Shown here: one piece after another, positions 37,164 through 45,971 of the stretch
How positions within the stretch are numbered: the first letter of the stretch is position 1
Layout of the letters: each line of letters begins with the position of its first letter
Sequence record: NC_061450.1
Direction: 5' to 3' (one strand)
Length of the DNA: 64,000 bases
Translations under genes and position numbers: made by a program
The notes under the pieces: generated by a model
The model's database searches: none
What the model was told of the DNA's origin: nothing
The model's input: only the letters and a program-made list of their open reading frames with translations

Positions 37164-37559
37164 ATGTCACTTATCCGTAGAGATTTAATCCTGTTTGAAC
37201 GCACCGACCTAAAAGTTGTGCGGAAGAAGATTCGTAGAGGCACAGTTCGTGTGTTGCTATCCGCAACACCTAACAGTGTGGCTGTTGTGGAAGGACGTGC
37301 TATATCCCCGCACATCTACCGCATTAAAAACACCCATTCGTTTATTGTCACACGTAGTGGTGCCTTGCACGATCTGGTAGACTATTTAAATCTCAAGCTG
37401 GAGGAAGTTCACCACTTCAAACGCGATGGTGACAACGTTGTTGAGTTGCTCAACGGCGAGACTGTTATTCCTAATGAAATACTGGAGATTCGAGCGATAA
37501 AAGGCCGAATGGCTTACGCACGTAAACACCCACCAGTATACGAACAAGAAGAAGATTAA
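37164..37559 (+). CDS. hypothetical protein
   Basis: RBS GAGGT. Confidence 0.6.
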   Translation: MSLIRRDLILFERTDLKVVRKKIRRGTVRVLLSATPNSVAVVEGRAISPHIYRIKNTHSFIVTRSGALHDLVDYLNLKLEEVHHFKRDGDNVVELLNGETVIPNEILEIRAIKGRMAYARKHPPVYEQEED

Positions 37560-37561
37560 TT

Positions 37562-37933
37562 ATGTTACGTTCAATTTTAAAGTCTGTTGGCCTGTTGTTG
37601 ATTGGCCGTGAAGGTCGTGCTGCTATTCGCCGTGAGTTTCAGTACAGCCAAAAAATTCGTGAGACGCGTCACTGGATGAGTGGCAGCTTTCCAGAGGTGC
37701 ATGACGCCATGCTGCATGTTCAGGTGTGCATCAACGGCAACCCTGGTGTAGAACACAACGACAATCCACGCTATATGTCAGGCAGTGATTGCTTTACATC
37801 AATCGATCAGTTCCGTGAGCGTATGCGCAACAAGTACCAGCGAGACAGCGTAGGCAACACGCGTGCGCCTCTGCCGGAACTCACGTTTGACATGGAACAA
37901 GGCTTTGATGTAGCCCACAAGGAGAGTGTGTAA
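37562..37933 (+). CDS. hypothetical protein
   Basis: 123-aa ORF. Confidence 0.55.
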   Translation: MLRSILKSVGLLLIGREGRAAIRREFQYSQKIRETRHWMSGSFPEVHDAMLHVQVCINGNPGVEHNDNPRYMSGSDCFTSIDQFRERMRNKYQRDSVGNTRAPLPELTFDMEQGFDVAHKESV

Positions 37934-37934
37934 C

Positions 37935-38408
37935 ATGCGTCAGGTTCGTTTCTACAGCACAGAAGAACAGGCGGCCAGCGTTGAAAAGACTTTGGCACGG
38001 GCCGCAGGTGTACGTGAAGTTTTCATCTACAAGTGTCGTGACCATGATATGTTTATGGCCAGTGACGAGGATAGTGGTAGCTTCCTGAGGCACAAACAGG
38101 CCGGTACCATGTTTAATGCTGTGTATTGGGCAACGCTTGAGATTGAGCGTCCTGAGCCTCGTGTCTACTACAACACAACCAAGATGTACAGCACGGAGCA
38201 GCAACTGTTGCAGTCACGTTTGGCATTGGGTGCGTTGAATGCAGTCCAGACACATATCTATCGTCTGACTGACGATGAAGGCCCTGTGCTGTTTGTTGTT
38301 GACCAGTACCAAGGTCAGTTTATGCCGGTCACTCACGGATGTGAATTAGACCTAGCAGAATACTATTCAACCTATGGCCAATCTAAACTTCCTGGCCCAA
38401 TGAGCTGA
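37935..38408 (+). CDS. hypothetical protein with internal duplication
   Basis: Two YSTE.Q...L.....V...IY segments. Confidence 0.6.
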   Translation: MRQVRFYSTEEQAASVEKTLARAAGVREVFIYKCRDHDMFMASDEDSGSFLRHKQAGTMFNAVYWATLEIERPEPRVYYNTTKMYSTEQQLLQSRLALGALNAVQTHIYRLTDDEGPVLFVVDQYQGQFMPVTHGCELDLAEYYSTYGQSKLPGPMS

Positions 38409-38415
38409 GGTAAAC

Positions 38416-38667
38416 ATGAACGGTAATCGCTACTATGCCTCGTTGGATATTGCTGAACAGGAGGAGAGTGAACTCCTGCGTGAGCGCATCCACGAACATA
38501 ACCTGACAAAGGCAATGTCTTTCCTTTATGTCAATAAACAGACAGACAGAGCGCTTGCAAAAGATCATGCAGACGGTCGTATGATTACTGTGGCAGGTAA
38601 TGGTAAAGATAGTGGCAACTATCATCTTATCAAAGGTGTTACAGTTCAATCAACACGCCGAAGTTAG
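38416..38667 (+). CDS. hypothetical protein
   Basis: RBS GAGGT. Confidence 0.55.
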   Translation: MNGNRYYASLDIAEQEESELLRERIHEHNLTKAMSFLYVNKQTDRALAKDHADGRMITVAGNGKDSGNYHLIKGVTVQSTRRS

Positions 38668-38676
38668 AACGATCTC

Positions 38677-38707
38677 TGGAGTGGCTTAGGCTGCTCCATT
38701 TCTATTT
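38677..38707 (+). terminator. intrinsic terminator
   Basis: TGGAGTGGC-TTAG-GCTGCTCCA then TTTCTATTT. Confidence 0.65.
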
Positions 38708-38718
38708 CTGGAGCAATT

Positions 38719-39171
38719 ATGTTGCCAATGGCTGAAAAGACCCGCGTGGTGTCAATGCGTGGTGGAAACAAAGAGTACGACGTGCGAATAGACAGAGGCA
38801 CCATGTGGGGTAATCGTCACCACATGCGCAATGAATCCAAACAAGAGCGTGATCGTGTTATCTTTGAATATGGCGTGGACCTGTGGAATGCAATCTATGC
38901 AGGTGAGATAACCTTGAGTCAGCTTGATGCCTTGTATGGCAAGCGACTTGGATGTTGGTGCTGTCCTAAAGCCTGCCACGGCGATGAGTTGGTCAAAGCA
39001 GTTATCTGGGCACATAATACGCTTGAGAAATGGCGTAAAATCGAAGCTACCTATGCGCGTCGTAAAAAGCGTGCAAAAACAGCTAAAAAGAAAACTGTAA
39101 ATAAACAGTATAAACCCGATCCTGTTAAGATGAGGTCTGTCATAGATGATTTACGTTGCGGAAGGTATTAA
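38719..39171 (+). CDS. DUF4326 domain protein
   Basis: IDRGTMWGN, LYGKRLGCWC.PKACHGD. Confidence 0.8.
   Translation: MLPMAEKTRVVSMRGGNKEYDVRIDRGTMWGNRHHMRNESKQERDRVIFEYGVDLWNAIYAGEITLSQLDALYGKRLGCWCCPKACHGDELVKAVIWAHNTLEKWRKIEATYARRKKRAKTAKKKTVNKQYKPDPVKMRSVIDDLRCGRY
39095..39103 (+). promoter_or_regulatory. CTGTAAATA putative phage promoter
   Basis: About 42 nt upstream of 39146, inside the 3' tail of the previous CDS. Confidence 0.5.
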
Positions 39172-39487
39172 CTTAAAACGCATGGCCGATGACCAGGAGT
39201 TCACGCACTATCGCCTGGCGCATATCATTGACGTGCTGGAAAATGGTAGTGACTTCCTTCGTGCTAAGCAAGTTGGTCAAATGCTGGCCGAGATTCAAAC
39301 TGCGTACCACGAAGAACACCACTTCAAAGATTGGATGCACGATCAGCTACGCGCCAAGTTTGTGTCATTCAGTGAGGCGGACAAAGAGCTGGTGCTTGAT
39401 GTTAAAGACCAGTTGTGTAAGAGTCGCGCTAGTGCTGCGGATCTTGTTTGGTTTCAATGTAAATCAAAGGCTGCTAAGGAAAGTTAA
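39146..39487 (+). CDS. hypothetical protein
   Basis: RBS GAGGT. Confidence 0.55.
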   Translation: MIYVAEGINLKRMADDQEFTHYRLAHIIDVLENGSDFLRAKQVGQMLAEIQTAYHEEHHFKDWMHDQLRAKFVSFSEADKELVLDVKDQLCKSRASAADLVWFQCKSKAAKES

Positions 39488-39489
39488 TC

Positions 39490-39951
39490 GTGGCATACTA
39501 TTCAGCTTTCGAATACAACATCCAGCTCAGCGTAGCAACGCCGCTTGAAGTTGTTCAGTCTATCGCGGAACGTAAAAACTATCGTGGCATTGACATTGAT
39601 CGCTTGTTTGGCGCATACCTGCACCAGTTGGATCATGTTACGCCTGCCGTAAGTCTCGTGCCTAATGATAGTGGTCTCTTGATTCGTAGCAAGGCAATCA
39701 GCAAGGCAACATCGTCCGACGTCCGTGAACTGCTGGAACTGCTTGCGCCTCACATCCTCAACCGAGATGAAGTGCTGGTAATACATCGTGGTGAAGATTG
39801 CGATGATGTTCCAAACGCACACGAAAATCCTTGGGGGCCTGTGCCGGACAGGGGACGCATCAGCTACTTTGAATGGAAAGTAGTTCGTGGTCAGCCTGTG
39901 TCTTTGCAGCAGCAAGGCGAGCCTAGCGACAAATTTGATTGGGTAAGCTAA
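39490..39951 (+). CDS. hypothetical protein
   Basis: GTG start, RBS AAGGA. Confidence 0.6.
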   Translation: MAYYSAFEYNIQLSVATPLEVVQSIAERKNYRGIDIDRLFGAYLHQLDHVTPAVSLVPNDSGLLIRSKAISKATSSDVRELLELLAPHILNRDEVLVIHRGEDCDDVPNAHENPWGPVPDRGRISYFEWKVVRGQPVSLQQQGEPSDKFDWVS

Positions 39952-40178
39952 TGGATAATCTAGCTATCGGTCTCAGTATCTTGTACGCGGTTATGCTTGT
40001 GATTCAGACAGGTCTTTGGGTGTATGCCGGACGTAGTCGCAACAAAAGTTTTGCCAGCGGCTTCCAAAGCCCGACACTGCGTCAGGTAGAATTTCTGGAT
40101 GACCTGTGTCGTTGGTCGTTGTGTGTCTTCTGGGTAGTTTTTATCAGCACGTTAGTGTACGCGCATTACATTAGATAA
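39939..40178 (+). CDS. small two-TM membrane protein
   Basis: Two hydrophobic segments; start may be 39951. Confidence 0.55.
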   Translation: MGKLMDNLAIGLSILYAVMLVIQTGLWVYAGRSRNKSFASGFQSPTLRQVEFLDDLCRWSLCVFWVVFISTLVYAHYIR

Positions 40179-40189
40179 GGAGCCTGTGT

Positions 40190-40897
40190 ATGTCAGATTG
40201 GATGAGTAAGTTGCAAGACAAAAAGCAAGAGTGCGAACAGCACCCACAGTGGACGCCTTACTGGCAGGCGATTCAAATGATCGAATGTGCTAAACAGGCA
40301 GATCATCAATCCACAGAAGACCCTTTCTCAAAGTCAGCACTGGAAAAGTATACGCCTCATGCTTTGGCCGTTGTTGAGCAGCAACAGTTTGAGACGATTG
40401 AACGTCTGACTGAAAGCGGTGAGAAGTGGTTCGCGCCAGATGAGATTCAGATTGGCGAAGGGCCCAATGAAACATTGCCTTTGTCTATGGCCATGATGTT
40501 GCCTTATGCTCAGGCTGTGCGCATTGCAGATGGACCAAAGAGCGTGCGTAAAACGCTTGTACTGATCGATAGCAACGGGTCATTGAGCGAAAAGAATCGT
40601 GAACAACTGCGCCGCTGTTTGTACAAGCTGTACGAGATCGAGGTGCTGGATGATGTGCCTCTGATGCCTGATGTTGAGGCACTACGTTTGCTGGAAGTCG
40701 TTGAGAAACAGCGACTGGAAACATTGCGTGCTTTTGACCGTTGTGAACAGCCTGATGAGGTGCACTTGCCCAAGTCGCAGCGTCGTGACTTTGCACAGAC
40801 TCGTGGGCCACGTCCTCAACACAATGCGCATTTCTCTAAACGTGGTAACCATGTGAACCGCAATGTTCCACGAAGAGGTGGAGGACGAGGCCGATGA
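40190..40897 (+). CDS. hypothetical protein with Arg/Gly-rich tail
   Basis: RBS AAGGAG; ends PRRGGGRGR. Confidence 0.6.
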   Translation: MSDWMSKLQDKKQECEQHPQWTPYWQAIQMIECAKQADHQSTEDPFSKSALEKYTPHALAVVEQQQFETIERLTESGEKWFAPDEIQIGEGPNETLPLSMAMMLPYAQAVRIADGPKSVRKTLVLIDSNGSLSEKNREQLRRCLYKLYEIEVLDDVPLMPDVEALRLLEVVEKQRLETLRAFDRCEQPDEVHLPKSQRRDFAQTRGPRPQHNAHFSKRGNHVNRNVPRRGGGRGR

Positions 40898-41241
40898 AAG
40901 GCATACAGATACTCGCAGTCGAACGCGTTAATAACAAGCCTGTGGCCTATCATCATTTCCCTACTGCGGCCAAAGGTAAAAATGCGTACACAGGCGTAAT
41001 CAGTTTCAACGCATTAAATTCTGTCATGTGTGATGTTTGCGCACAGGACTACAATGCACGCCGCTTTAGCCTGTACACGCCTCACGATATGCCAGGCTTT
41101 GAACTCATGGAAAAATCCATGAAACAGCTCGGCATTATTGGCGATGACTTGCCCCAACACCATCATACCGACATTTGGGCGTTCTATAAGGCTGTTGGCT
41201 ATGACTACAAAGCAAAAAAGCTGGCCCCAGCTGAAAACTAA
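40894..41241 (+). CDS. hypothetical protein
   Basis: C-terminal HTDIWAFYKAVGYDYK. Confidence 0.6.
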   Translation: MKGIQILAVERVNNKPVAYHHFPTAAKGKNAYTGVISFNALNSVMCDVCAQDYNARRFSLYTPHDMPGFELMEKSMKQLGIIGDDLPQHHHTDIWAFYKAVGYDYKAKKLAPAEN

Positions 41242-41602
41242 TGGCGTAACCCGCACGGTATTCCTCGTAGGCAAATATGCTGTAAAGATACCGTGTGTCC
41301 ACCACAACTATGCGATGTTCATTGAAGGCATTCGCAGCAATCTAGCAGAGGGTAGATTCGTGGGATATGATCCCAGAGCACCCATAGCCAGAACTCTGTA
41401 CTCAAACCGTTTCGGCCTGCTGAATATTCAAGAGAGGGTACGTCCAGTATCACGCAAGAATAAATTGTTCAGACTTTCGTTACAGGAACTTTGTCTTGGT
41501 TCTGATTTCTTTAACAGGGACTTTATTCTCGATGACCCCAAGCCGGATAACTTTGGCTACACGGCAGAGAATAAACTTGTAAAGATAGACTACGGCAACT
41601 AA
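41201..41602 (+). CDS. minimal protein-kinase-like fold protein
   Basis: GVTRTVF, YAVKIP, NLAE, DDPKPDNFG, VKIDYG; start uncertain (41138 or 41201). Confidence 0.65.
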   Translation: MTTKQKSWPQLKTNGVTRTVFLVGKYAVKIPCVHHNYAMFIEGIRSNLAEGRFVGYDPRAPIARTLYSNRFGLLNIQERVRPVSRKNKLFRLSLQELCLGSDFFNRDFILDDPKPDNFGYTAENKLVKIDYGN

Positions 41603-41638
41603 CTATTATTAATTCCGCACACAGCAGGAACACTATTA

Positions 41639-41962
41639 ATGAAGCATGACAATAAAATGCTGGCTCAGATCGGCAGTGAAGTAGAAGCAATCATTGACCC
41701 ACAGCAGGCGGTTGCAGCAGCAGATTCCGCACGCTATTGGACAGACTACCGCGCAGAAATCATGAAGCAGTTGCTTGACGGCCACATTGATGTGCCAGAA
41801 GGTTCAACAGCAGACCGTGTGGTCGATGCGCACGTTGCCAAAGTTCGCAGCATGTGTGAAATGTTTGGCACAGGGCTTCCACTTGAACGCAAACTCATTG
41901 AACCTTCTGGAGAATCCGATGGCTTTCTCAGTAGTCCCTTATCGCCGCGTACTCGCCATTGA
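41639..41962 (+). CDS. hypothetical protein
   Basis: RBS CAGGA. Confidence 0.55.
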   Translation: MKHDNKMLAQIGSEVEAIIDPQQAVAAADSARYWTDYRAEIMKQLLDGHIDVPEGSTADRVVDAHVAKVRSMCEMFGTGLPLERKLIEPSGESDGFLSSPLSPRTRH

Positions 41963-42272
41963 TGACATTACGATTCATCGTGATCGCAGCGCAGTGATAT
42001 CAGTAACTGACAGGCGTTATGTGTTTGGGCGTACCATTGTGCGTCCTGATATCTTACTGTGGTGTCCGCACGTAGATGCCCGCACACGCAGCATCCGCGA
42101 CTTTGGTCAAACAAACAAAAAGTTTATGCGTCTTGTGCATGAAACTTTGGATGAAATGCGGCAGCGTAAGTACACGCAGTACATCCAGATCATCAGCCTG
42201 CGTCTGCGTAAACACATCCAACGAACTCGCGAGGAAGACAATGCTAGACAATACAGCCAAGAGCATAGCTGA
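41919..42272 (+). CDS. hypothetical protein
   Basis: ATG 41919 with GGAG RBS. Confidence 0.5.
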   Translation: MAFSVVPYRRVLAIDDITIHRDRSAVISVTDRRYVFGRTIVRPDILLWCPHVDARTRSIRDFGQTNKKFMRLVHETLDEMRQRKYTQYIQIISLRLRKHIQRTREEDNARQYSQEHS

Positions 42273-42960
42273 ACGTGCTTGGGCAGGTGAGATATTGCTG
42301 CCTGATACAGCCCGAGAGTTTTATGCTGCATTGACCTGTGATGTGCGCATGCCTCCAGAATTGAGCTTCGCGTCCACAGTTGTAACTTATATACCAACAG
42401 CAAACAGTAGCCGTCGTGTGACAGTAAGCACTGCGTATACATTTGGCCACGCTCATGACAGCACGGTGTTGGATGTTCCGGAGCGCATAGGCAAAAGCGT
42501 TGAAGCTGCTTATACCCAAGCGCTGCAACAGTTTTATCTCCAACCAAAGATTGAACTGTTGAACATTGCAGGTAAGTTCATTGGCCGCATTCGAGCGCCG
42601 ATTGAAGGCGAACGCATGGTGATCAGAGCAGAGAGTCAGGCACATCTGTTTGCATTGTGTAACAGACTGCATATATCTGCCGCGACTCTGGAACGTGTGA
42701 GTCTCATGCGGTTGCTGGAAGGTGTGTTGATGCAAATCAATCAACAAAGCACACAGACTGAACCAGTTGCTGTGCTGCTATTTGCTGGCTTCCAAAATTT
42801 TACCATCATCGGCAGCAGCGGTATGGAAAAACGTTTGGCAGATGTATTAGACATTACGCCTTTACTGTCAATGATGACTATTAAAGGGCATCCAAATATC
42901 GATTCTGACGTGCGTAAGTGTATCAAAAACATTGAAGCACACAACAATAAAGAGGGTTAA
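42241..42960 (+). CDS. hypothetical protein
   Basis: ATG 42241 with GAGGA RBS. Confidence 0.6.
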   Translation: MLDNTAKSIAERAWAGEILLPDTAREFYAALTCDVRMPPELSFASTVVTYIPTANSSRRVTVSTAYTFGHAHDSTVLDVPERIGKSVEAAYTQALQQFYLQPKIELLNIAGKFIGRIRAPIEGERMVIRAESQAHLFALCNRLHISAATLERVSLMRLLEGVLMQINQQSTQTEPVAVLLFAGFQNFTIIGSSGMEKRLADVLDITPLLSMMTIKGHPNIDSDVRKCIKNIEAHNNKEG

Positions 42961-42965
42961 TAGAA

Positions 42966-43607
42966 ATGGCCGGTAAGAAAAACGAAACTCGTAGAACGCT
43001 GGGATTAAGTGATTTACCTCGCTCAAGTCTGACCGAGGAACAAGCACTCAGCAAGGCACAACAACTTCGCGAACGTGGCCGTATGCTGATTGAAGGTACG
43101 GGCGTGCTGCAACAAACAATGATCGAAATTGGTGTGGTAACTGAAACGCACCTGACTGGTCAGAGTATCGAAAAAGATAGCTCCGCACCGTTTTCTACAA
43201 TGGACGGGCTGTTTGATCTGCTGTCGCGTGTGCAAAGCGTCAACAACTGCGTCGAAATCTTTGTCGCAGGGGAAGAGTCTGACCAACACGAATGCGGTTC
43301 AGACTGCGATAGTAAAGCAGATCCTGATCGCAGCGAGCCTGCCGCAGTCGGCACTGAGTTCGGTCGTCGCGTGTTGGTCAAAAGCAATGAAATTCAGCGC
43401 CTGCTCGGAAATATCAAGCTCAATCTGGGCCGTATCGAAAAATCATTGCTGCCTCAGGAGGGTCCTACAGGCCCTAAAGGCGAGAAAGGTTCATCAGGCT
43501 CTGTTGATTATTCAACTTTCGAGCTGATCCTCAATCTGGAAGAGAATGCGCACGAAGTTGAAATGTGTATCGCCTCTCTGAATGCGCGTCTGCGTAACAC
43601 CTACTAA
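42966..43607 (+). CDS. helical protein with short collagen-like insert
   Basis: GPTGPKGEKGSSG. Confidence 0.6.
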   Translation: MAGKKNETRRTLGLSDLPRSSLTEEQALSKAQQLRERGRMLIEGTGVLQQTMIEIGVVTETHLTGQSIEKDSSAPFSTMDGLFDLLSRVQSVNNCVEIFVAGEESDQHECGSDCDSKADPDRSEPAAVGTEFGRRVLVKSNEIQRLLGNIKLNLGRIEKSLLPQEGPTGPKGEKGSSGSVDYSTFELILNLEENAHEVEMCIASLNARLRNTY

Positions 43608-43621
43608 GAGAATAGTATAAC

Positions 43622-44359
43622 ATGGCAAAGCAAGCAAAACAGGTAGTACGTGGTGCTGGTGGTCGTTTCGAAGCGAAAGTTGGTGACCAGCTTCAAGTGC
43701 GCGACGATATTGATCAGGAGCACTCCACAGAGGCAAACAGTGACTTGCCTAAACAGGGTATCGTCGGCCAGGTAGTAGAAAACAGTACGCGCTTGTATCA
43801 TGCGGCACTGAGCCTACAAGAAGTTCTCAACGCTATCGGTGTGCTGGATGGTAACCGCATCAGTCCTGCCTTGGGCGGTGAAGATGCGCCTGCTCTGGAC
43901 GATACTGACGATGATACTGATTTTGAGCCGCATTCAGAACAACAACTGATCATGCTGATCTCTCGCGCAATTGGATATCGCAATGAAGACCCTATCTACG
44001 CATCGGCGGGTCGCGTGTTGGGCTTCCATGCTTTGCCTGCACTGGCGCTGGCAGCATACGTTACCACTCAGTTGACCGAGCTGGATCGTACTCCTATCTT
44101 CGAATACCTCGATCGTGCGCGTGACGAAACCAACGAAATGCGTTACCAGTTCATGGTAGATCTGCGTAACCTTGCAATTGAAGGTCGCGATGTGCAGGAT
44201 CATATCCTGATGGAAGAAGACCAGAGTCAAGCCAATCCAATGATGGCTCTTTCCACAAGCCCGCTGTTGACCTATCTCAATCAGGCAAACAGCTTGCTGA
44301 CCGAAGTACACGAAGCTGTGGAAGAAATTCGTCACAACATCAAAGTTACACTGTTTTAA
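43622..44359 (+). CDS. acidic helical hypothetical protein
   Basis: 245 aa; N-terminal RGAGGRF. Confidence 0.6.
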   Translation: MAKQAKQVVRGAGGRFEAKVGDQLQVRDDIDQEHSTEANSDLPKQGIVGQVVENSTRLYHAALSLQEVLNAIGVLDGNRISPALGGEDAPALDDTDDDTDFEPHSEQQLIMLISRAIGYRNEDPIYASAGRVLGFHALPALALAAYVTTQLTELDRTPIFEYLDRARDETNEMRYQFMVDLRNLAIEGRDVQDHILMEEDQSQANPMMALSTSPLLTYLNQANSLLTEVHEAVEEIRHNIKVTLF

Positions 44360-44361
44360 CC

Positions 44362-44399
44362 AAAAAAAAGGGAGACTCCTCACGGGGCCTCCCTTTCTT
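44362..44399. terminator. bidirectional terminator at the strand switch
   Basis: A-run, GGGAGACTCC-TCAC-GGGGCCTCCC, T-run between convergent genes. Confidence 0.75.
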
Positions 44400-44401
44400 G
44401 A

Positions 44402-44875
44402 TCAGAACACTAATCCAACGCCAAGCAATACGCCCGCGCCTATTCGAGTAAACCACAGTTCTCTGTTAGCCTGCTCTTGGTCTCGTATTCTATTTTCGCG
44501 CTCAGTTTGTAAGTCCTTAGCCAGACCGTTAGAGCGCAATTCCTCAGACTGTGCAAGCTCCAAGAGTTTGTTGCGCTCATCCACTGTGGCGTTAAGAACG
44601 TCAATCAACTTGTTCCTTTCACCAACCGTTTCCTTGTCTGACTTATACAAGGTATACAGGTCGCTCATGCCCTGCCGCTTTAACACGGCAACACGCTCTC
44701 CATCAACATCCTGTAAGGTCACCTCTGGCTTGGCAGGCACTTCGCGCTTCTCCCACACCAAACGATTAACCACAGGTATGTCTTGGATAGTTGTCTTGGG
44801 CTGTGCTTTGATCTGGCTCAGGTCAGACGAACATCCAGCTAGAAACAGACACAGCACAACGATCACAATTCTCAT
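44402..44875 (-). CDS. spanin-like lipoprotein with additional C-terminal TM segment
   Basis: Lipobox FLAG-CSS, coiled-coil middle, C-terminal LWFTRIGAGVLLGVGLVF. Confidence 0.65.
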   Translation of the reverse strand: MRIVIVVLCLFLAGCSSDLSQIKAQPKTTIQDIPVVNRLVWEKREVPAKPEVTLQDVDGERVAVLKRQGMSDLYTLYKSDKETVGERNKLIDVLNATVDERNKLLELAQSEELRSNGLAKDLQTERENRIRDQEQANRELWFTRIGAGVLLGVGLVF

Positions 44876-45180
44876 AGTTTGTCATAGTCCTGTTTTATTT
44901 CATCAATGGACTTGTTCTGACGTTGCTTAACAACATCGGAACTTTCAGGCTTGGGAGGATTTTTATTCATATCATCAATCGTTGTATTGAGTTCGGTTGC
45001 CTGTTTGGCTTGTTCCTCAATACGTCGATCTCTGATCTTGTCCTCCGCTTCCTTCAAACCAGTCAGTGGATCGTCTTTGCTTTTGGCACGAGGACGCAGC
45101 ATAAATGCTCCGAACACGATGCCCAGCACGGCCAGGAACATCTTCCAATACTTAACTGTGAACTGCCATGCCTGTTTCAT
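44872..45180 (-). CDS. i-spanin-like protein
   Basis: N-terminal TM then charged coiled coil; overlaps lipoprotein start. Confidence 0.6.
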   Translation of the reverse strand: MKQAWQFTVKYWKMFLAVLGIVFGAFMLRPRAKSKDDPLTGLKEAEDKIRDRRIEEQAKQATELNTTIDDMNKNPPKPESSDVVKQRQNKSIDEIKQDYDKL

Positions 45181-45198
45181 ATCTACCTCTGTTGTGTG

Positions 45199-45615
45199 TT
45201 ATGACTTGGCCTGTGGTGCAGTTTCTGGCGGGCTATCCGGCTCAGAGTCGCGACGAGTTCGTTTAGAAGATGTTGCCTCATCTTCGTCACCATCGCTGTC
45301 TGATTTGCCTTTGCCATCACCTGTTCCACGACTGTTAATCAAGTTCTCTGCCATAAAGGCGACAGAGAAATAGGTCAAGTGGTTAGTCTCCTCACTAATC
45401 AGGAGACTAAGGCACAAGCCGAACGATACAACCAGACTCGCAATGGTGGTGACTGGATTACGTGACCAGTACTCTTTCCAGTTCAGTTTTTCTCGTACCG
45501 TCTTGTTGACGTAGTTCACCATTACGCCGCCTGCCCACGTACACAGGAAGGCGACAATCTCAAACACAGTTAGGTGACCTGAGGCTTGACTCGTTACCGC
45601 GATTGTTTCGTTCAT
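45199..45615 (-). CDS. holin-like membrane protein
   Basis: Two to three hydrophobic segments and charged tail, next to spanin-like pair; ATG 45615 with GGAG RBS. Confidence 0.45.
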   Translation of the reverse strand: MNETIAVTSQASGHLTVFEIVAFLCTWAGGVMVNYVNKTVREKLNWKEYWSRNPVTTIASLVVSFGLCLSLLISEETNHLTYFSVAFMAENLINSRGTGDGKGKSDSDGDEDEATSSKRTRRDSEPDSPPETAPQAKS

Positions 45616-45671
45616 TACTATCTCCACTCACTTAGAAAACCAAGCAAGCGGCTAGGCCACCTGCTTGGATA

Positions 45672-45908
45672 TTACAGTTGCTCTTTGGTAATCTCACCGT
45701 CTTTGTACATAGCACGCTTTTGTGCCGCCCACTCAGTAGAGATCTCGTTAAAGAACTTACTGAGCTGGTCGTCTTCCAATTGTGCCGGACTTGTAACTCC
45801 GTACTGTTCTAACTTACCACGAAAGAAATCCTGGTAAGCCTCTTGCAGGCCACTAGCGCTGACGCTACCGACATACTCCTTTGCTTGTAATGCTAAGCTA
45901 ATCTTCAT
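45672..45908 (-). CDS. small phage protein (YQ.FF..KL..YGV.SP..L motif)
   Basis: 78 aa, RBS GAGG. Confidence 0.6.
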   Translation of the reverse strand: MKISLALQAKEYVGSVSASGLQEAYQDFFRGKLEQYGVTSPAQLEDDQLSKFFNEISTEWAAQKRAMYKDGEITKEQL

Positions 45909-45942
45909 TGTGATGCCCTCTTGTTTTGGTACTACAAATTAT

Positions 45943-45969
45943 AAAGGGACAGCCGAAGCCATCCCTTTT
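45943..45969 (-). terminator. intrinsic terminator ending the virion paralogue array
   Basis: Minus strand AAGGGATGGC-TTCG-GCTGTCCCTTT. Confidence 0.7.
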
Positions 45970-45971
45970 GA

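Noticed and set aside
45672-45908. Prohead core protein label for the 78-aa gene
   Set aside because: The motif is reminiscent of small myovirus proteins but I cannot assign the family reliably
5026-45945. TAATTT as a second promoter motif
   Set aside because: Seen before several genes but short, AT-rich and inconsistently spaced; needs statistics
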